Assembly: GCA_000002445.1 (NCBI GenBank)
Contig: CM000208.1
Location: forward strand, 960,001 to 1,024,000
Origin: Trypanosoma brucei
Taxonomy: Eukaryota
DNA length: 64,000 nt
Direction of reading: 5' to 3'
Shown here: positions 51,893-63,480 of the stretch, one piece after another
Numbering within the stretch: the first letter of the stretch is position 1
Layout: every line of letters begins with the position of its first letter
Program-made: the position numbers and the translations under genes
Notes under the pieces: generated by a model
Databases searched by the model: none
What the model was told of the DNA's origin: nothing
The model's input: the letters and a program-made list of their open reading frames with translations, nothing else

Positions 51893-53803
51893 TCAGTCAC
51901 TCATAGGAAATTGAGCGCACGCCGCGTCACGGAGGTACATCCACAGTGCTAAGGACATGATGTGTTCCTCCTCCTCCACATCAAACACGGAGCCAACACT
52001 GTCAGTAACATTGTACGATGGAACATGAAGCATGGATGCGGATTTTTCTCCTTTTTCGGTGATAGTCGTATTTTTCACATGAGAACCCGGAGTATTATAC
52101 GTCGCACGAAAAGGGAACCTCACACCGCTCTTTTGTTCAATTACTTCAACTATGGACGTGGCTACGTGCGTAGAGAAGGTAGCGAGTGACTTGGCTTCAC
52201 TTTTACTCAAGGGGTCACGCATAACGCTGGTGGCACTGAGAAGGACAGCGAGAGAAGCATTCATGGCTGCATCGTAAACTTTTACGTCTGCCGAGCCACT
52301 ATCAGTTACGTGTGCAGTCAAAGAGCTCATCACGCGTTCGTCAGAATTATAAAATGTGTCAACTACATCCAAGGAATGTGACAAACTCAAATATGCGTCC
52401 CGAACAACATGTGTTACGTGGATAGTGGCCACTCGTAGCACGTGCCACTGCAAATCTGGGGACAACACTATCCGCTTAGCCACACCAGTTGCCACAGAAG
52501 CCGAAAAAAAACGATAGCTGCACCACAGTTCACCAACCCGCCGTAGTTCCGCGGCCGTGTGAGCATAACGAGGCGTTGTTTGCGGCACTGCTATTGAAAA
52601 GTCCCATTCTTTCCGACCGAGTTGAACCGTCGCCATGTGAACGCGCATGAACCACCAGTAGTACGCGTACTGTCCTTGGTTGTGCTGTAGAAGACCAAAC
52701 TTCATTGTAGCACCGGTACACACGACTTCAGAGTAGAGGGGTTGTGTCCCTCCATTTTTCTCTACACTTGTCCCTTTGATTTCCACGGCTTCAATCGGAG
52801 GAGTACTCTCTTTGAATTCATCAACTGCTCCCTGCTGCTCCTTTACAGTAACCAGGGGAAACAACGGAGCACCTTCACAGAAAATTTTGTGAGAGACTGA
52901 TGCACAGTGCTCAATGAAATCGGATGCTGTACCGAACCAACCGCCATTATGTATTGCTGGGAAAAAACAAGAAAGGGCTTCTTCATCCCCACACTTGATG
53001 GCACTCGTCGGGAATAATGAAGAAAGGGAAGCCACAGCAAAGCTACAAGTGGAAGTCGCACAATTCGAGTCCATGGTGCTCTGATGTGATTGAGTTGAGC
53101 CAACAGACGGTGGTCCGAGGTTAAGGGTATGACGACCAAATATATCGTGCACGCGTGGGGGGAGCAAAGGCAGAGCGACATGAAACCGCTGATTTTGCAC
53201 ACAATCGGGTAAAAAGGAAGAAGACAGCTTGGGTTCCTTCGAACTCTCCCTCCCACGCACCTGACGTGTTGGAGGAAATGAAGTCTTTTGGAATGGTAAA
53301 CTCGCCTCCTCCGCCGTAGGACCGGACGCACGCACCCCTGCAGCCGCTGTTTCCCTGGCCAGACTCATCTTACGGAGGAACGAAACAAAGTAGTCCCCGA
53401 ATTTCCTTGCTTTAGATTTTCTCTGTTGTTCTGTTTTCCTATTCATAGCAACCGTCTTTTTCTTAGAATCTCCAACGTTCTTCGATCCGCGGGATGTGTC
53501 TCTGCCACCAACATGTGTACTTTTGACCACTGACGAAACACTCGTACTCCCTTTCGCTCCATCGGTATTTTTGTTTCTTTTTCCACACACCTTGCTTTTT
53601 ACGGTTCGCTCACATTTATTCCCGACATGGACACGACGCCTTCTCTTAGTCGTTTTTGTACATGATATCACGCATGCCATTTTATTCAGAGCAACTTTAA
53701 CACTGTCTGCACGTTCCGCTCCACCTGCACAAGCCAGTTCCGCCACCTGCCGTGTGGAGGATGCCACTTCCTCCGAAAGATGGTGCCCCTTCACTTCTGT
53801 CAT
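51893..53803 (-). CDS. Hypothetical protein with basic N-terminal (NLS-like) region, 636 aa
   Basis: GTG at 53810-53812; first ATG is M4 (cat 53801-53803). Long ORF in the transcription-unit orientation. KTTKRRRRVHVGNK basic cluster. No domain recognised. Confidence 0.5.
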   Translation of the reverse strand: MTEVKGHHLSEEVASSTRQVAELACAGGAERADSVKVALNKMACVISCTKTTKRRRRVHVGNKCERTVKSKVCGKRNKNTDGAKGSTSVSSVVKSTHVGGRDTSRGSKNVGDSKKKTVAMNRKTEQQRKSKARKFGDYFVSFLRKMSLARETAAAGVRASGPTAEEASLPFQKTSFPPTRQVRGRESSKEPKLSSSFLPDCVQNQRFHVALPLLPPRVHDIFGRHTLNLGPPSVGSTQSHQSTMDSNCATSTCSFAVASLSSLFPTSAIKCGDEEALSCFFPAIHNGGWFGTASDFIEHCASVSHKIFCEGAPLFPLVTVKEQQGAVDEFKESTPPIEAVEIKGTSVEKNGGTQPLYSEVVCTGATMKFGLLQHNQGQYAYYWWFMRVHMATVQLGRKEWDFSIAVPQTTPRYAHTAAELRRVGELWCSYRFFSASVATGVAKRIVLSPDLQWHVLRVATIHVTHVVRDAYLSLSHSLDVVDTFYNSDERVMSSLTAHVTDSGSADVKVYDAAMNASLAVLLSATSVMRDPLSKSEAKSLATFSTHVATSIVEVIEQKSGVRFPFRATYNTPGSHVKNTTITEKGEKSASMLHVPSYNVTDSVGSVFDVEEEEHIMSLALWMYLRDAACAQFPMSD

Positions 53804-54848
53804 GAAACGCACTTACTTTTCCTAATTTTTCTTACACTAAGAAAAGCAGTAGTCGGTAGCCCCACAGGTTCTTACACCTACGTGTGTAAAGAAGGTAAAA
53901 AATAAAGGAAATAGTAATGATCCTCCTCTGCACTGGACATCGCCAGTAACTTCTCAGATTGTGTGGTAAGAAGAGATAAACAAAAGCAAAGGGGATAACG
54001 TGAGAACGACCAAATACGTCATGAAGTGAATGACGCGTACTAAATTCTGAAAAATTTGGCACATCTCGAATGCACCTACCACCTGATCAGGTGTGGAACC
54101 ACCACAGCGCAACTTTTCCCCCTCTCCTTATCTTCTGTTTCTCCCTGTCACATCCTCTGTATATGGTACAGAACTGTAAATACGAGTACGACTACCCGCT
54201 ACCTCAGTCGCACATCTTTGTCAGTATACAGTTAAATAATCCCCTATTAGGGGAATCTTCAAAGCAAACAAACAAACCAATGAACATCATCAGAAGTGCC
54301 GGGACACGAATGAGCAAAAGAAAGTTGGAGTCGGAGGAAAGTACAAGAACGATCGGCTCTTTGACGGCTATTGGTGGCAAGTCGATGATTCAGCAAATAA
54401 ACTGAAGTGAAAGCTGCGGTGGCATCAGGAAAGCGACAAGCCGCACCTCAGCGAAAGAGTATAAGAGAATGACACTGCGCTAAAGAGTAAAAAGAGCATA
54501 CATTTATTGAGATACATACATATGTATATATCTATATATGCATAAAGAGGGAACGCCCAAGTGCTGAAGGGGAACTGGGGGAGGGACGATTAAAACATCG
54601 CGTTATGCCTTACACATCACCCAAGTCACAACAAAGGCACGCAAAAAAAAAAAACACTTCCTGCTCCCATCTCATAGCGACGGACTAAGAAATCAAACAG
54701 GGGAAGGAACAAACAACAATGCCATTAAACACAAGCTCCGCGTGAGAAGCGCTAATTACGCTTACCAAACTGCATCTGTTCCTTATCACTTTTTTTTCTT
54801 TTTGACTACACATATATCTTCAACCGACTACAGAGGACGGAGATGTTT

Positions 54849-55511
54849 TTACAGTCCCAACTGTGTTTCCAGTTTATACGGATCAGGTGTTTCAGTTTCC
54901 TGCTGTTGCTGGGTGTTACTCATAAGGTCCGGTAACCTCCCACTAGGCATAGCAAGTGCGTCCGACAAATAACTCGAATCCGCTTCATTCCCTGATTGCA
55001 TTGCGAGTGCCTCCAACTCGCCTAACATTTCATCCTCATCGATACTGTCAGGAACATCGTAGGAACGACCCATTGCTTCTTGAACGTACTGCGCATCCTC
55101 ATAGAGGTTAAGCAGTTCATCCTGCAATTTCTCTACATCTGCTACAGACATTTTCTTGAACTCCCGCTTCAGCGTCTTTGTCGCGTCCTTCATGGCATCC
55201 ACCTGCAGTTTGGCATCCTTAACCGACTCGGTAGTAAACTGTAGTTGGTCAATGTTGAATTGCTGCTGCATTAAAACATCTTGCTGATTTTGGTACAGTC
55301 GCTTCTGCTGAAGTAGCTGTATGGCACGTTGCTTGTGCCGCTGCTGCGTGGCGCCTGTAGTCCGCTGGATGCACTCCTTTAGTTTGGCGAGTTCTGCATC
55401 TATTTTACTCACGCGCGCATCCACAGCGTCACAGCGGGCACCGATCTTGACACTCGCGTCCTCAAGTGTTGGTTTCTGTGTGTCCTTTTTCCGACCGAAT
55501 AGACGGTTCAT
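54849..55511 (-). CDS. VPS60: ESCRT-III related protein CHMP5/Vps60 (Snf7 family)
   Basis: ATG confirmed (cat 55509-55511). MNRLFGRKK...LLQQKRLYQNQQD...DAMKDATKTLKREFKKMSVADVEKLQDEL...EAMGRSY aligns with the conserved CHMP5/Vps60 pattern. 220 aa. Confidence 0.8.
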   Translation of the reverse strand: MNRLFGRKKDTQKPTLEDASVKIGARCDAVDARVSKIDAELAKLKECIQRTTGATQQRHKQRAIQLLQQKRLYQNQQDVLMQQQFNIDQLQFTTESVKDAKLQVDAMKDATKTLKREFKKMSVADVEKLQDELLNLYEDAQYVQEAMGRSYDVPDSIDEDEMLGELEALAMQSGNEADSSYLSDALAMPSGRLPDLMSNTQQQQETETPDPYKLETQLGL

Positions 55512-55520
55512 CCTGCGCCG

Positions 55521-55551
55521 ACAACAACAACAACAATAATAATAATAATAA
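55521..55551. repeat. Compound (ACA)5(ATA)5 trinucleotide microsatellite abutting CHMP5/Vps60 start codon
   Basis: acaacaacaacaacaataataataataataa begins 10 nt upstream of ATG 55509-55511. On the mRNA strand this reads as a (TTA)n(TTG)n pyrimidine-rich run. Confidence 0.85.
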
Positions 55552-57024
55552 AGGAGAAAGTCAGTCGCCTAACAATTAGCTCGCGCCTGAGGTATACAAC
55601 TTAACCTGTTCTTCCGTTTCCTCACTCTCAACCCAGGTAAAAGTAGGAAACAAAGTGTCAGAACGGAACTTCTTCCTAAAAATCGGTTTGATTGTCTTCC
55701 ACTTTTAACCCATGGTTGAGAAGCAGCAAGAAGAAAAGTCACCTTCGAAGCGGACAAGGCAACAGGCACTTCATGTGGGAGCATAAAGTCGCGCAAGAAG
55801 AGCGCAAAAAAAAAAAAAAGAATTGAGACGCCTCCATTCTTGCTTTTCAAAGTGTAAGCGTGGGAAGCAGGCAAAACGAGGTAATGTGGACATTAGTATA
55901 ATCTACACACGGAACCAAATTAAGTAAATTCCAACTCAGTAGGAACGAAAGCATGGGAGTAACAGGTGTATTATCCCGCTGATAAATGGAGCAGAAATAA
56001 ACCCACTGTCCATTTGTTTAACGGAATATCACCAGGGGGACGGCATAACGACGGAAAGGCCCACTAAAGAAAAGGTGGTACGGGCCAAAAACTGATCAGC
56101 TCGAATACCACATGAGGCAGAAGGATGCATGTCACCGTTCCCCTTTCAACTGATGGAAGAAGTTGTTGCTTTTTTTTAAATCTCTCCCACAGATAGAAGG
56201 AAAGAAAAATAGGGTTAAATAAACTGGAATCACCCAGCAACTGCACAGCTCCACACAAATGTGGCCTCCGCACTGCACACAGGCCGACCCACATATGCAT
56301 GCGCCCAACCCTACACGTAAATACGAATAGGTGCAAGCGTATGTGAGAACATACAAAACGTTTATCTGCGGTTTGAAAAAGGCACCACATGTTACGCTGA
56401 ACAGAAAGAAATAAGTGAAGGCAGTAAAGGAAAAATGAAATAATTATTAGTGCGATGCGCAAGAAGTTCTAACTCTGAAACAAAGTGTCATTGCCATCTC
56501 ATATTCACGACAACACAACAAAGAAAGAGGAATCTCACTTCTTTCACTTACTCCCGCAGAGAGGCGCACACATGCCATATTTGAAAGTTTATTTTACTTC
56601 CCTATCACTTCTTCCTCGTCACGTCCACTAACCGAAAGTGAAACCCACCCCCCGTGGCATTTTTTTGGTGTCAACTGTAACCTCACCTCAACCTCCGTCC
56701 CATCACCACCATTATCACCTTAAAGAACTAAATGCATATAATTAAAATATTTACAAAAAATCGATATGAGATCCCCCCCCCGGTGAACGTCTCGACAACA
56801 GTCGAAGAGGAAAAGGCACAACTTAGGACGAGGCGTAGCACTTACATCGGATACCTCTGATAATCAAAGCAATAATTCAAATATACACACAGTTCGCTCC
56901 ACGACATACTTATTCTGTGGGTCACGCGATGCGACAACTTTCTATACATAAATATACAAGAACGGGAGAGGGGAAATACAATATAATAACATTCACAAGC
57001 AGCTTTAGGAAGCACAATATGGGG

Positions 57025-60000
57025 CTACATATGACCTCCCATTATGCTTTGCGCCCGTTGTATTGCTGGCAGTTTCGATGGGTTGGTATTGGAACGCAAC
57101 AGCAGCTGTTCTTTTTCTTGCAGTGCCGCGGTTAGCACCGCCGTCATTACGTCCTTCTCTTCCTCCAGTACGGTCATCAAACTTTTTACCTGCGGGGAGG
57201 TGTCGATACTAGGTGTTCTTACATTCCGCGTGACGTTCATGAACGGTGGAATTAAAGCTGGAAGTGTCATGGATGCCACTGAGGAATCCGAGTAAGAAAG
57301 CAACGAGCCCTCGTAAACTGGCTTGCAATTAGGGGGCCGAACGGTGGAGACAATCCCCTTGCCGCCGGTTACCTTGGGTACAGGACAAGTGTTCCAGCTC
57401 ATTAGAGTTTTCATCACTCGCAGCCGCTCCTCCTGCTCAGACTTTCGTTTTGGCTTCTTTGAACTCGATGTGGATGCCCCTCCCACGGTGAAGCAGCTGC
57501 TGTATGTCCTCGTACGTGGGTGATCGCTTGAAGCAACCGGGAAAGGTGATGGCATCTGTCCCCGAATGGGTTGTAAACCCTTTCGCCCCGAAGAGGATCC
57601 GTCGTCACTCCCAGGCCCCAGTAGAGTCATCACGCCGCGCCATTTCTCACGCTCTACATGATCCCTTATCGCCTTGGAGGATGGAACAGCGTTAAACGAA
57701 AATTCATTTTTCACAGGGGAGCCCCCACGGGGACTGCTACCCTTTTTCGCTTGGCTCTTGTGGGTTCCTGCAGCCGGAGAGCAACGGCGCCGAGGAAGTG
57801 GTGCGCAGGTCGCGCCTCTTACAACTATTTCAGGTTGAAGCACCCATGCGTCCACGGTTCCTGCAAGCAGTCCTAAATATACAGAGCTGGGTGGCAAGTT
57901 GCAGTTTGGCGGCATATTCACCACAGTTGTTCCTGTGTCACGGCCCGACCTTTCCGTTGAAGAAGACATCGCTTTCCGCGACACCTGAGGCACGCACACA
58001 ACTGGGCTTTGTTTCTCCTTCTCCTCACTCGCGAAGATTGAAGAGCCGCGGTTGGGTAAGACCAGGGGTGTAGCGAGCATGGACGGGACAACAGGAGCGA
58101 TGCCGGCAGGTCCAAATGCTGGGTTGCAGGAGAATGCGGCCTCCGCGATTCGGTGTGCCGCCGAAAAGGTATCAGATAGTGCCGCAGACTCTTCCCTCAG
58201 TGCGGGTGCTTGTGGAGTACTATGCAGTACAGTTACTCCGTATGCCTCTCGTGGGGTCTCACAAATGGTATCCGTTCGCGTCCTCCTCCGAGCAAAAACG
58301 CCGCGATGTGGAGAAATGAGTGCTGAATCTTTGCGAGAGATAGGCGATGGCACATGTGTTTTGAACTCACGCCCAACAACTTCATCGAACAGGCGCTTAA
58401 GAAGCGCAGGCAAGTCGTGTTCCCCATGGAATTCATCCCTAAAAGCAAGAGCATAGGATGGGGGGTACCCGCTACCACTACCCTGCTGCATATCAGTTTT
58501 TGTGCTCTGATCGGACCAGAAAATTGAGGCACGTGGAGAAATGTCACCGCTCCTCTTGAGCCCAATACGGCTCATTGTCCTCGTCCCAAATAACAGTGCC
58601 CCGTGGGGCGCACTCGGCAGCCCACCACGAAACCTAACTCCCAGCATATCCTCCTTAACGATCTCAGCAGCCCTCGTAATAGCAGCCTCCACCTGTCTGT
58701 TGTCAAACAACTCGCGAACACATGGGAAAAGCCGCTTCTGCACATATTCTTTCCGCACCACATCCAACACTTCAAAAGAGCAGGGGTTATGTTTCAACGA
58801 TGGCATCTTGGGTGGCACCTCACTGTTTCCCCCAAAATAGCCAATACAGCTAACGGTACATTCACTAGGGTTTCCAAAAGAGACAGAGGGTACCAACACA
58901 CTCCACACGTAAACGTAGCCATCGTCGCAGCTTGCGCAAAGAAAGACTGCCGTGTGCCTGTCCACGAAAGGAGCCGTTGCATTAAAGGTATTTACTCTCA
59001 CGCTCTGACCTTCCCCTTTGCTTGCTTCTGTCAGACTCTCAGCGGGAAACGGCGACAACTCCGCTTCGCTTGTGGTAGAGGCCAAAAAAGACGTTTTTCG
59101 TATGAACCGGACGGCTGTCAGATTGTTTTTGTGAGCACGCCAGCGCCGTAGCAATATTACACCTTCATGCATAGAGCCTTCTGTTTCCCACGGCGATGAT
59201 ATAGTCCAATTTATATTACTCACGTCCAGCAAGGCCATATGACCCCTATGATCGGACACAGCAATGTAAACGCCATCACGGCTCACCTCCATCGCGGTGA
59301 TGGCGTCCAATTCGTAGGTGACACGGAACCGAAATGACTCCGCTCGTCTGCGACCGTTCCAAATCTGGATGACTCCGTCATCGCTGCCAGTCACAATATA
59401 ACCGGTCGTGCCAACGGGTACGATATGTGAAACGAAACCGAGGTTTGCAAATTGCTCAGAAAGCAAGAATCCGCAGTCACGCTTGGATGCAGGAAGGAAC
59501 TCATCAAAATCCCGACTAAAAAGCAAAAGTGGCGGCAATTCCTCACTCTTGCGCTGAACACTCTCGCTACCGTCGTCCAACAAAACGTCATACTTGTTCT
59601 CGGCATGGGTATTACTAGGGTTGCTTGGGGCTGTAACCCGAGTCGGTTCATTGCAATTTAGGTAGCGTTCGCGCTTCTGCATGAACTCCCTAGTATAATT
59701 CACCGGATCTTGAACGAGAGGACCTGGAAGTAACGCAACAAGATCTAGCGGCGCCGGCACAACGGTGTTCTCGCACGATGTTTGTACAGACTGACAATCA
59801 CGTGCATCAGTAGTGGCGGGAAATTTAGAGCTTTTTTGACTCGAAGCTCTGGTGCTGGTTCTGGCGCTAGCATCCAAATCTGAAGAGTCGCTGTCACTGT
59901 GAAGTGCATTGGTGGTGGAAGAGCGTTGAGAGACGTGTATTTGCTGTTTGTCGCCCACGAACCTCCGCTTAAAGGACTCGGATACGCTTGCCCTGATGCT

Positions 60001-63000
60001 CCTCTTACCCTCAGACTTATGTTGAGAGGTGTCTGTCAAGCGTGTGCACGGAATCGGGCACTTTGTAACCTCGTCCACAGGCGTTGTGCTGATGCCTCCG
60101 CGATGGCCAACAATAACAATTCCAAGAGTTTCGTAAATAATGGCAGCGGCGACGCCGACGCGATCTGTTATAATCTGGCGATGTGCCTCGATAGTGTTGT
60201 CGCCAAGCGCTGACAACGATTCACTAGACTTACCAGGTAGTAAATACAGAGCGGTGGTACCGTCTAGAGATCTCTCTTTCTCAAAAGTGGCGGAAAGCAG
60301 AGAGACCGACTGCCGTAGCGTCCCCTTTCCCTCCATGACCCCGCAAGCCATGGAAGAAAGTTCGTTAACCCCAGATGGAAATGTAAATGTACGTACTAGA
60401 GTGCCATTGAGGCCGTTGTATTCCTTTATGCATCGGCAATGCTCAAGTGCAACAAAAACATGCGCCGACTCTGTTTGTTCCACCGAAATGCAACAAATTC
60501 CGCCATCAACAACCCACGATCGCTCGACAACAGTTGTTATCTTCCAATGAGCATTGGCGTCGCTAGCCGATGATTCCTCAAGTTGAGGATCGCTCTCGTC
60601 CGGCTGTTGTGACTGCTCTGTATCAGGGGGAAACATAACAGCTGCCTTTCTCACCCCTAATCTCACTTCAGTAACAGCGGGGCGCCACACAATGATAACT
60701 TCTTCGTCAGCACTAAACCAAATGTCCCACTTCCTCTGGTGAACAAGATTCACAACCGGCTTCCGATGGCCAAGGTAACCCGCTGGATAGTCATCCGTCT
60801 GTTTGGGGTTCCAAACCCTTGGATAGTACCCGCCTAGTATAAGACGGTCTTGGACGGCATCGTAGCGAGCACAGAGCATCTCCCCAAAGCGAAGCGAAGC
60901 AGCGCTGTCGTCACTTACAACACAGACGCACTGGTAGGTGTCAACATCAAAGAAGTACAGTACGCGCTTCGAGTCGGCAGCCATCAACATCAGTGGCCGC
61001 AGTGGCGGTTGCATAAACGCCACATCTACTGGATAACCGGATGTTGCAGATTTCCTAAATTCTGACAGCTCCAACCGGTGAAGTGGGCGCGGGGAAGAGG
61101 GCACCCAAAAGATGACTGTACGGTCTAAACTCCCTGTTACTAAAATGGCCCGACCCGCATGAAAAGTAGCGCACGTAATCCGCTTTCTGTGCCCATGGTT
61201 TTGCGATAGCCATAGGCTCGTTGAGCCGGTAGACCCTAGCTTCACGGCTCCTGTGGGGGCAACTGTTTCACCTAATGTCATGAATGGTACTTCCACGCGG
61301 CTCAGGTGGCGTACACCCACTGTGCAGTCGTCGCTAACGGTCATCACAATATCACTTTCTACACTAACGACAATTTTCACAATGGCAGCACGATGTAGCT
61401 TCAGGGTTAACAGGGGTTCGTGCGATTCTGGGGGTTCTAACCGCGTCTCCGTTTGGCCAAATACGTCAAACCAGTGGGCACGCAAAGGATAAAACTGTAG
61501 CACACCAGAACTAAATCCTATAAGCATGAGTGGGCCTGTCGGAAGAAGGGAGGTGGAGCTAAACTTCACGTAATTTGCAAGAGCGACGCAGCGGCTAAAC
61601 CATGCGACACCTTCATCCGTGTAATCGGAAGCACAGTGCCCTGGCGTTGGCTTTCTGTTGCTGCGCTCGCTCCCCACACCTTCGAAAACATGGCCATCCC
61701 CTCTGCTGCCACAGTGAACCCATCTGGTACTTTCAAGAGAGTTTCCCGTATCTTGTGTCGTCTCCGGTGTGACCACTTCCTCCCTCGTCCCACACCGGGG
61801 CCGTTCGCACCTTGTTGCGGGACGAGATCTATAGCCAAGTGAAGAAGCACCACACACGCCAAATCGTGAGAGAAAATCCGTTTTCACCGGTTGAGGTCGC
61901 TCAAGATGCTCGTACGTGGGCGCTATAATGCCAAGGCCAGTGAAATACCGTGAAACATCCGTAAAGAGAATATCCAGTGCGTCGCGGCGGTATGCGCGAA
62001 CCTTATATTCGGGCCGCATCACCCTGCTCGGATCCTCATCCTGGAGTTGTGTAACGTCCACTGTGCACAACAAGTCTAGTGACTCCTCCGGGGTACCTCC
62101 ACGCAAGCAGCTAGGTGTCTTGGGTAGACCGTTTTGAAGTTCCACTGGCAATGTGGGAACCGAATGCCGCCCGAGAAACGTTTTGACAACCTCCGCCGTC
62201 CCAGCACGAACAAGAGTAACGGAACAGTCGATAGTCAACACAACCAACATTTCCACATTGCCTAATGACTGCGGCGAGCACGACATATCAAGAATAGGTA
62301 CACCGGCTGCCAAAAGGTTCCGCTCGTGCACAATAGCGGGTTTGCCCTGTGCGTTGGCTAGTCGTGGATCGGTGCGCCAGAGCTTTACTAGCCCATCCCA
62401 CGCGGCCGTGACATAGCGCCTACCGTGATCGATAAACACGATATGACTAATAGCCTCGGTGTGGTATAAGAAGCGCACTAGCGGGTAACGCTTCTGCCAC
62501 AATGTGGTGTTCGCGGGAACAGTAGTTAAATCTAAGATGCGCCCAACATAGTCTACTGATTTTTCCTTTTCTTCATCGGGAGAAGTCCTGCCAGATTTCC
62601 CCCTCTTCCTACGTGCAGAAGCGTCCCCTTTCACGAGTGACCGCTCGCCACACTCGAGAATGTAGGTGCTCAGTTCGTCCCATGTCACCAAACCATCACC
62701 ATCCGCGTCAATAGTGCGGAAAAGGTTCTCGGCAGCTTCCACGTGGCTCTGGTTCAACCGCTGATACGTCAGGCGGGACAAATTACGATTCCCTGATAAA
62801 AACTGCATGTGGTCTGAGCCCATCCCATGCCAAGTCAGCGCATCGAATCCCTCGACCTGCGGTTGCTTTTGGCTAACAATGGGTGGAAAGAGGGCATCAA
62901 AAAACGGCTCCACAATGTCTCGTTCAAAATCGCCGAGGGCCATACCAGGTGGTGACGTGCTCAAAAGACTTGTAAGGGTACACTTGTTCCGAATCCCAAC

Positions 63001-63480
63001 ATCTGGAGAAAGATCATCAGCACGTGCTTCACTTAAGTTCTTCTGCAACTCAGCACATTGTTGCTTGTACCGAAACATCGCGGCCACCTCTTCCTTGCTG
63101 TTTCGCTCGTACGAGTATGATCCTGCAAAGTCTAGTACCGGGTTACGCTTCATTTGGTGGCGCCATTCGTGCAAATCAAAAGCTAAACGCATCCTCGCTA
63201 ACACGGGAAGGGGAGCTAGCGGTTCAGATAACTTTCGCGTATTGCAAATGTCATCCTCCCGCGCAACAGAACCGGAAAACTCAAACGTACAAGATCCCCT
63301 TTGCGACACGATCTTTGTGTTTGCCTCCTCACGTTTCTTCCTCTCTCTTTCCAAGAGTCTTACATATGCAGAAACCACCTTTCCATCTTCTTTGCCGACT
63401 TCTGGTAAGTTACCCGCAGTCCGCTGCGCGTAGGCAACCGATGTTGCCTCCTCGAATGATATAGAATTTGTAATATCCAT
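57025..63480 (-). CDS. Large WD40-repeat protein with N-terminal EF-hand, 2151 aa
   Basis: TTG at 63502-63504; first ATG is M9 (cat 63478-63480). Canonical EF-hand loop DADGDGLVTWDEL. Multiple WD-like units (e.g. TGSLDRTVIFW, GSDDGVIQIWN, ISVSDDCTVGV). Confidence 0.6.
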   Translation of the reverse strand: MDITNSISFEEATSVAYAQRTAGNLPEVGKEDGKVVSAYVRLLERERKKREEANTKIVSQRGSCTFEFSGSVAREDDICNTRKLSEPLAPLPVLARMRLAFDLHEWRHQMKRNPVLDFAGSYSYERNSKEEVAAMFRYKQQCAELQKNLSEARADDLSPDVGIRNKCTLTSLLSTSPPGMALGDFERDIVEPFFDALFPPIVSQKQPQVEGFDALTWHGMGSDHMQFLSGNRNLSRLTYQRLNQSHVEAAENLFRTIDADGDGLVTWDELSTYILECGERSLVKGDASARRKRGKSGRTSPDEEKEKSVDYVGRILDLTTVPANTTLWQKRYPLVRFLYHTEAISHIVFIDHGRRYVTAAWDGLVKLWRTDPRLANAQGKPAIVHERNLLAAGVPILDMSCSPQSLGNVEMLVVLTIDCSVTLVRAGTAEVVKTFLGRHSVPTLPVELQNGLPKTPSCLRGGTPEESLDLLCTVDVTQLQDEDPSRVMRPEYKVRAYRRDALDILFTDVSRYFTGLGIIAPTYEHLERPQPVKTDFLSRFGVCGASSLGYRSRPATRCERPRCGTREEVVTPETTQDTGNSLESTRWVHCGSRGDGHVFEGVGSERSNRKPTPGHCASDYTDEGVAWFSRCVALANYVKFSSTSLLPTGPLMLIGFSSGVLQFYPLRAHWFDVFGQTETRLEPPESHEPLLTLKLHRAAIVKIVVSVESDIVMTVSDDCTVGVRHLSRVEVPFMTLGETVAPTGAVKLGSTGSTSLWLSQNHGHRKRITCATFHAGRAILVTGSLDRTVIFWVPSSPRPLHRLELSEFRKSATSGYPVDVAFMQPPLRPLMLMAADSKRVLYFFDVDTYQCVCVVSDDSAASLRFGEMLCARYDAVQDRLILGGYYPRVWNPKQTDDYPAGYLGHRKPVVNLVHQRKWDIWFSADEEVIIVWRPAVTEVRLGVRKAAVMFPPDTEQSQQPDESDPQLEESSASDANAHWKITTVVERSWVVDGGICCISVEQTESAHVFVALEHCRCIKEYNGLNGTLVRTFTFPSGVNELSSMACGVMEGKGTLRQSVSLLSATFEKERSLDGTTALYLLPGKSSESLSALGDNTIEAHRQIITDRVGVAAAIIYETLGIVIVGHRGGISTTPVDEVTKCPIPCTRLTDTSQHKSEGKRSIRASVSESFKRRFVGDKQQIHVSQRSSTTNALHSDSDSSDLDASARTSTRASSQKSSKFPATTDARDCQSVQTSCENTVVPAPLDLVALLPGPLVQDPVNYTREFMQKRERYLNCNEPTRVTAPSNPSNTHAENKYDVLLDDGSESVQRKSEELPPLLLFSRDFDEFLPASKRDCGFLLSEQFANLGFVSHIVPVGTTGYIVTGSDDGVIQIWNGRRRAESFRFRVTYELDAITAMEVSRDGVYIAVSDHRGHMALLDVSNINWTISSPWETEGSMHEGVILLRRWRAHKNNLTAVRFIRKTSFLASTTSEAELSPFPAESLTEASKGEGQSVRVNTFNATAPFVDRHTAVFLCASCDDGYVYVWSVLVPSVSFGNPSECTVSCIGYFGGNSEVPPKMPSLKHNPCSFEVLDVVRKEYVQKRLFPCVRELFDNRQVEAAITRAAEIVKEDMLGVRFRGGLPSAPHGALLFGTRTMSRIGLKRSGDISPRASIFWSDQSTKTDMQQGSGSGYPPSYALAFRDEFHGEHDLPALLKRLFDEVVGREFKTHVPSPISRKDSALISPHRGVFARRRTRTDTICETPREAYGVTVLHSTPQAPALREESAALSDTFSAAHRIAEAAFSCNPAFGPAGIAPVVPSMLATPLVLPNRGSSIFASEEKEKQSPVVCVPQVSRKAMSSSTERSGRDTGTTVVNMPPNCNLPPSSVYLGLLAGTVDAWVLQPEIVVRGATCAPLPRRRCSPAAGTHKSQAKKGSSPRGGSPVKNEFSFNAVPSSKAIRDHVEREKWRGVMTLLGPGSDDGSSSGRKGLQPIRGQMPSPFPVASSDHPRTRTYSSCFTVGGASTSSSKKPKRKSEQEERLRVMKTLMSWNTCPVPKVTGGKGIVSTVRPPNCKPVYEGSLLSYSDSSVASMTLPALIPPFMNVTRNVRTPSIDTSPQVKSLMTVLEEEKDVMTAVLTAALQEKEQLLLRSNTNPSKLPAIQRAQSIMGGHM

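Noticed and set aside
55900-56160. Possible C/D-box snoRNA (ctga and tgatg-like motifs) in the 1.5-kb spacer
   Set aside because: No proper RUGAUGA C box with a CUGA D box at 70-100 nt spacing and terminal stem complementarity. Motifs scattered. Not supported.
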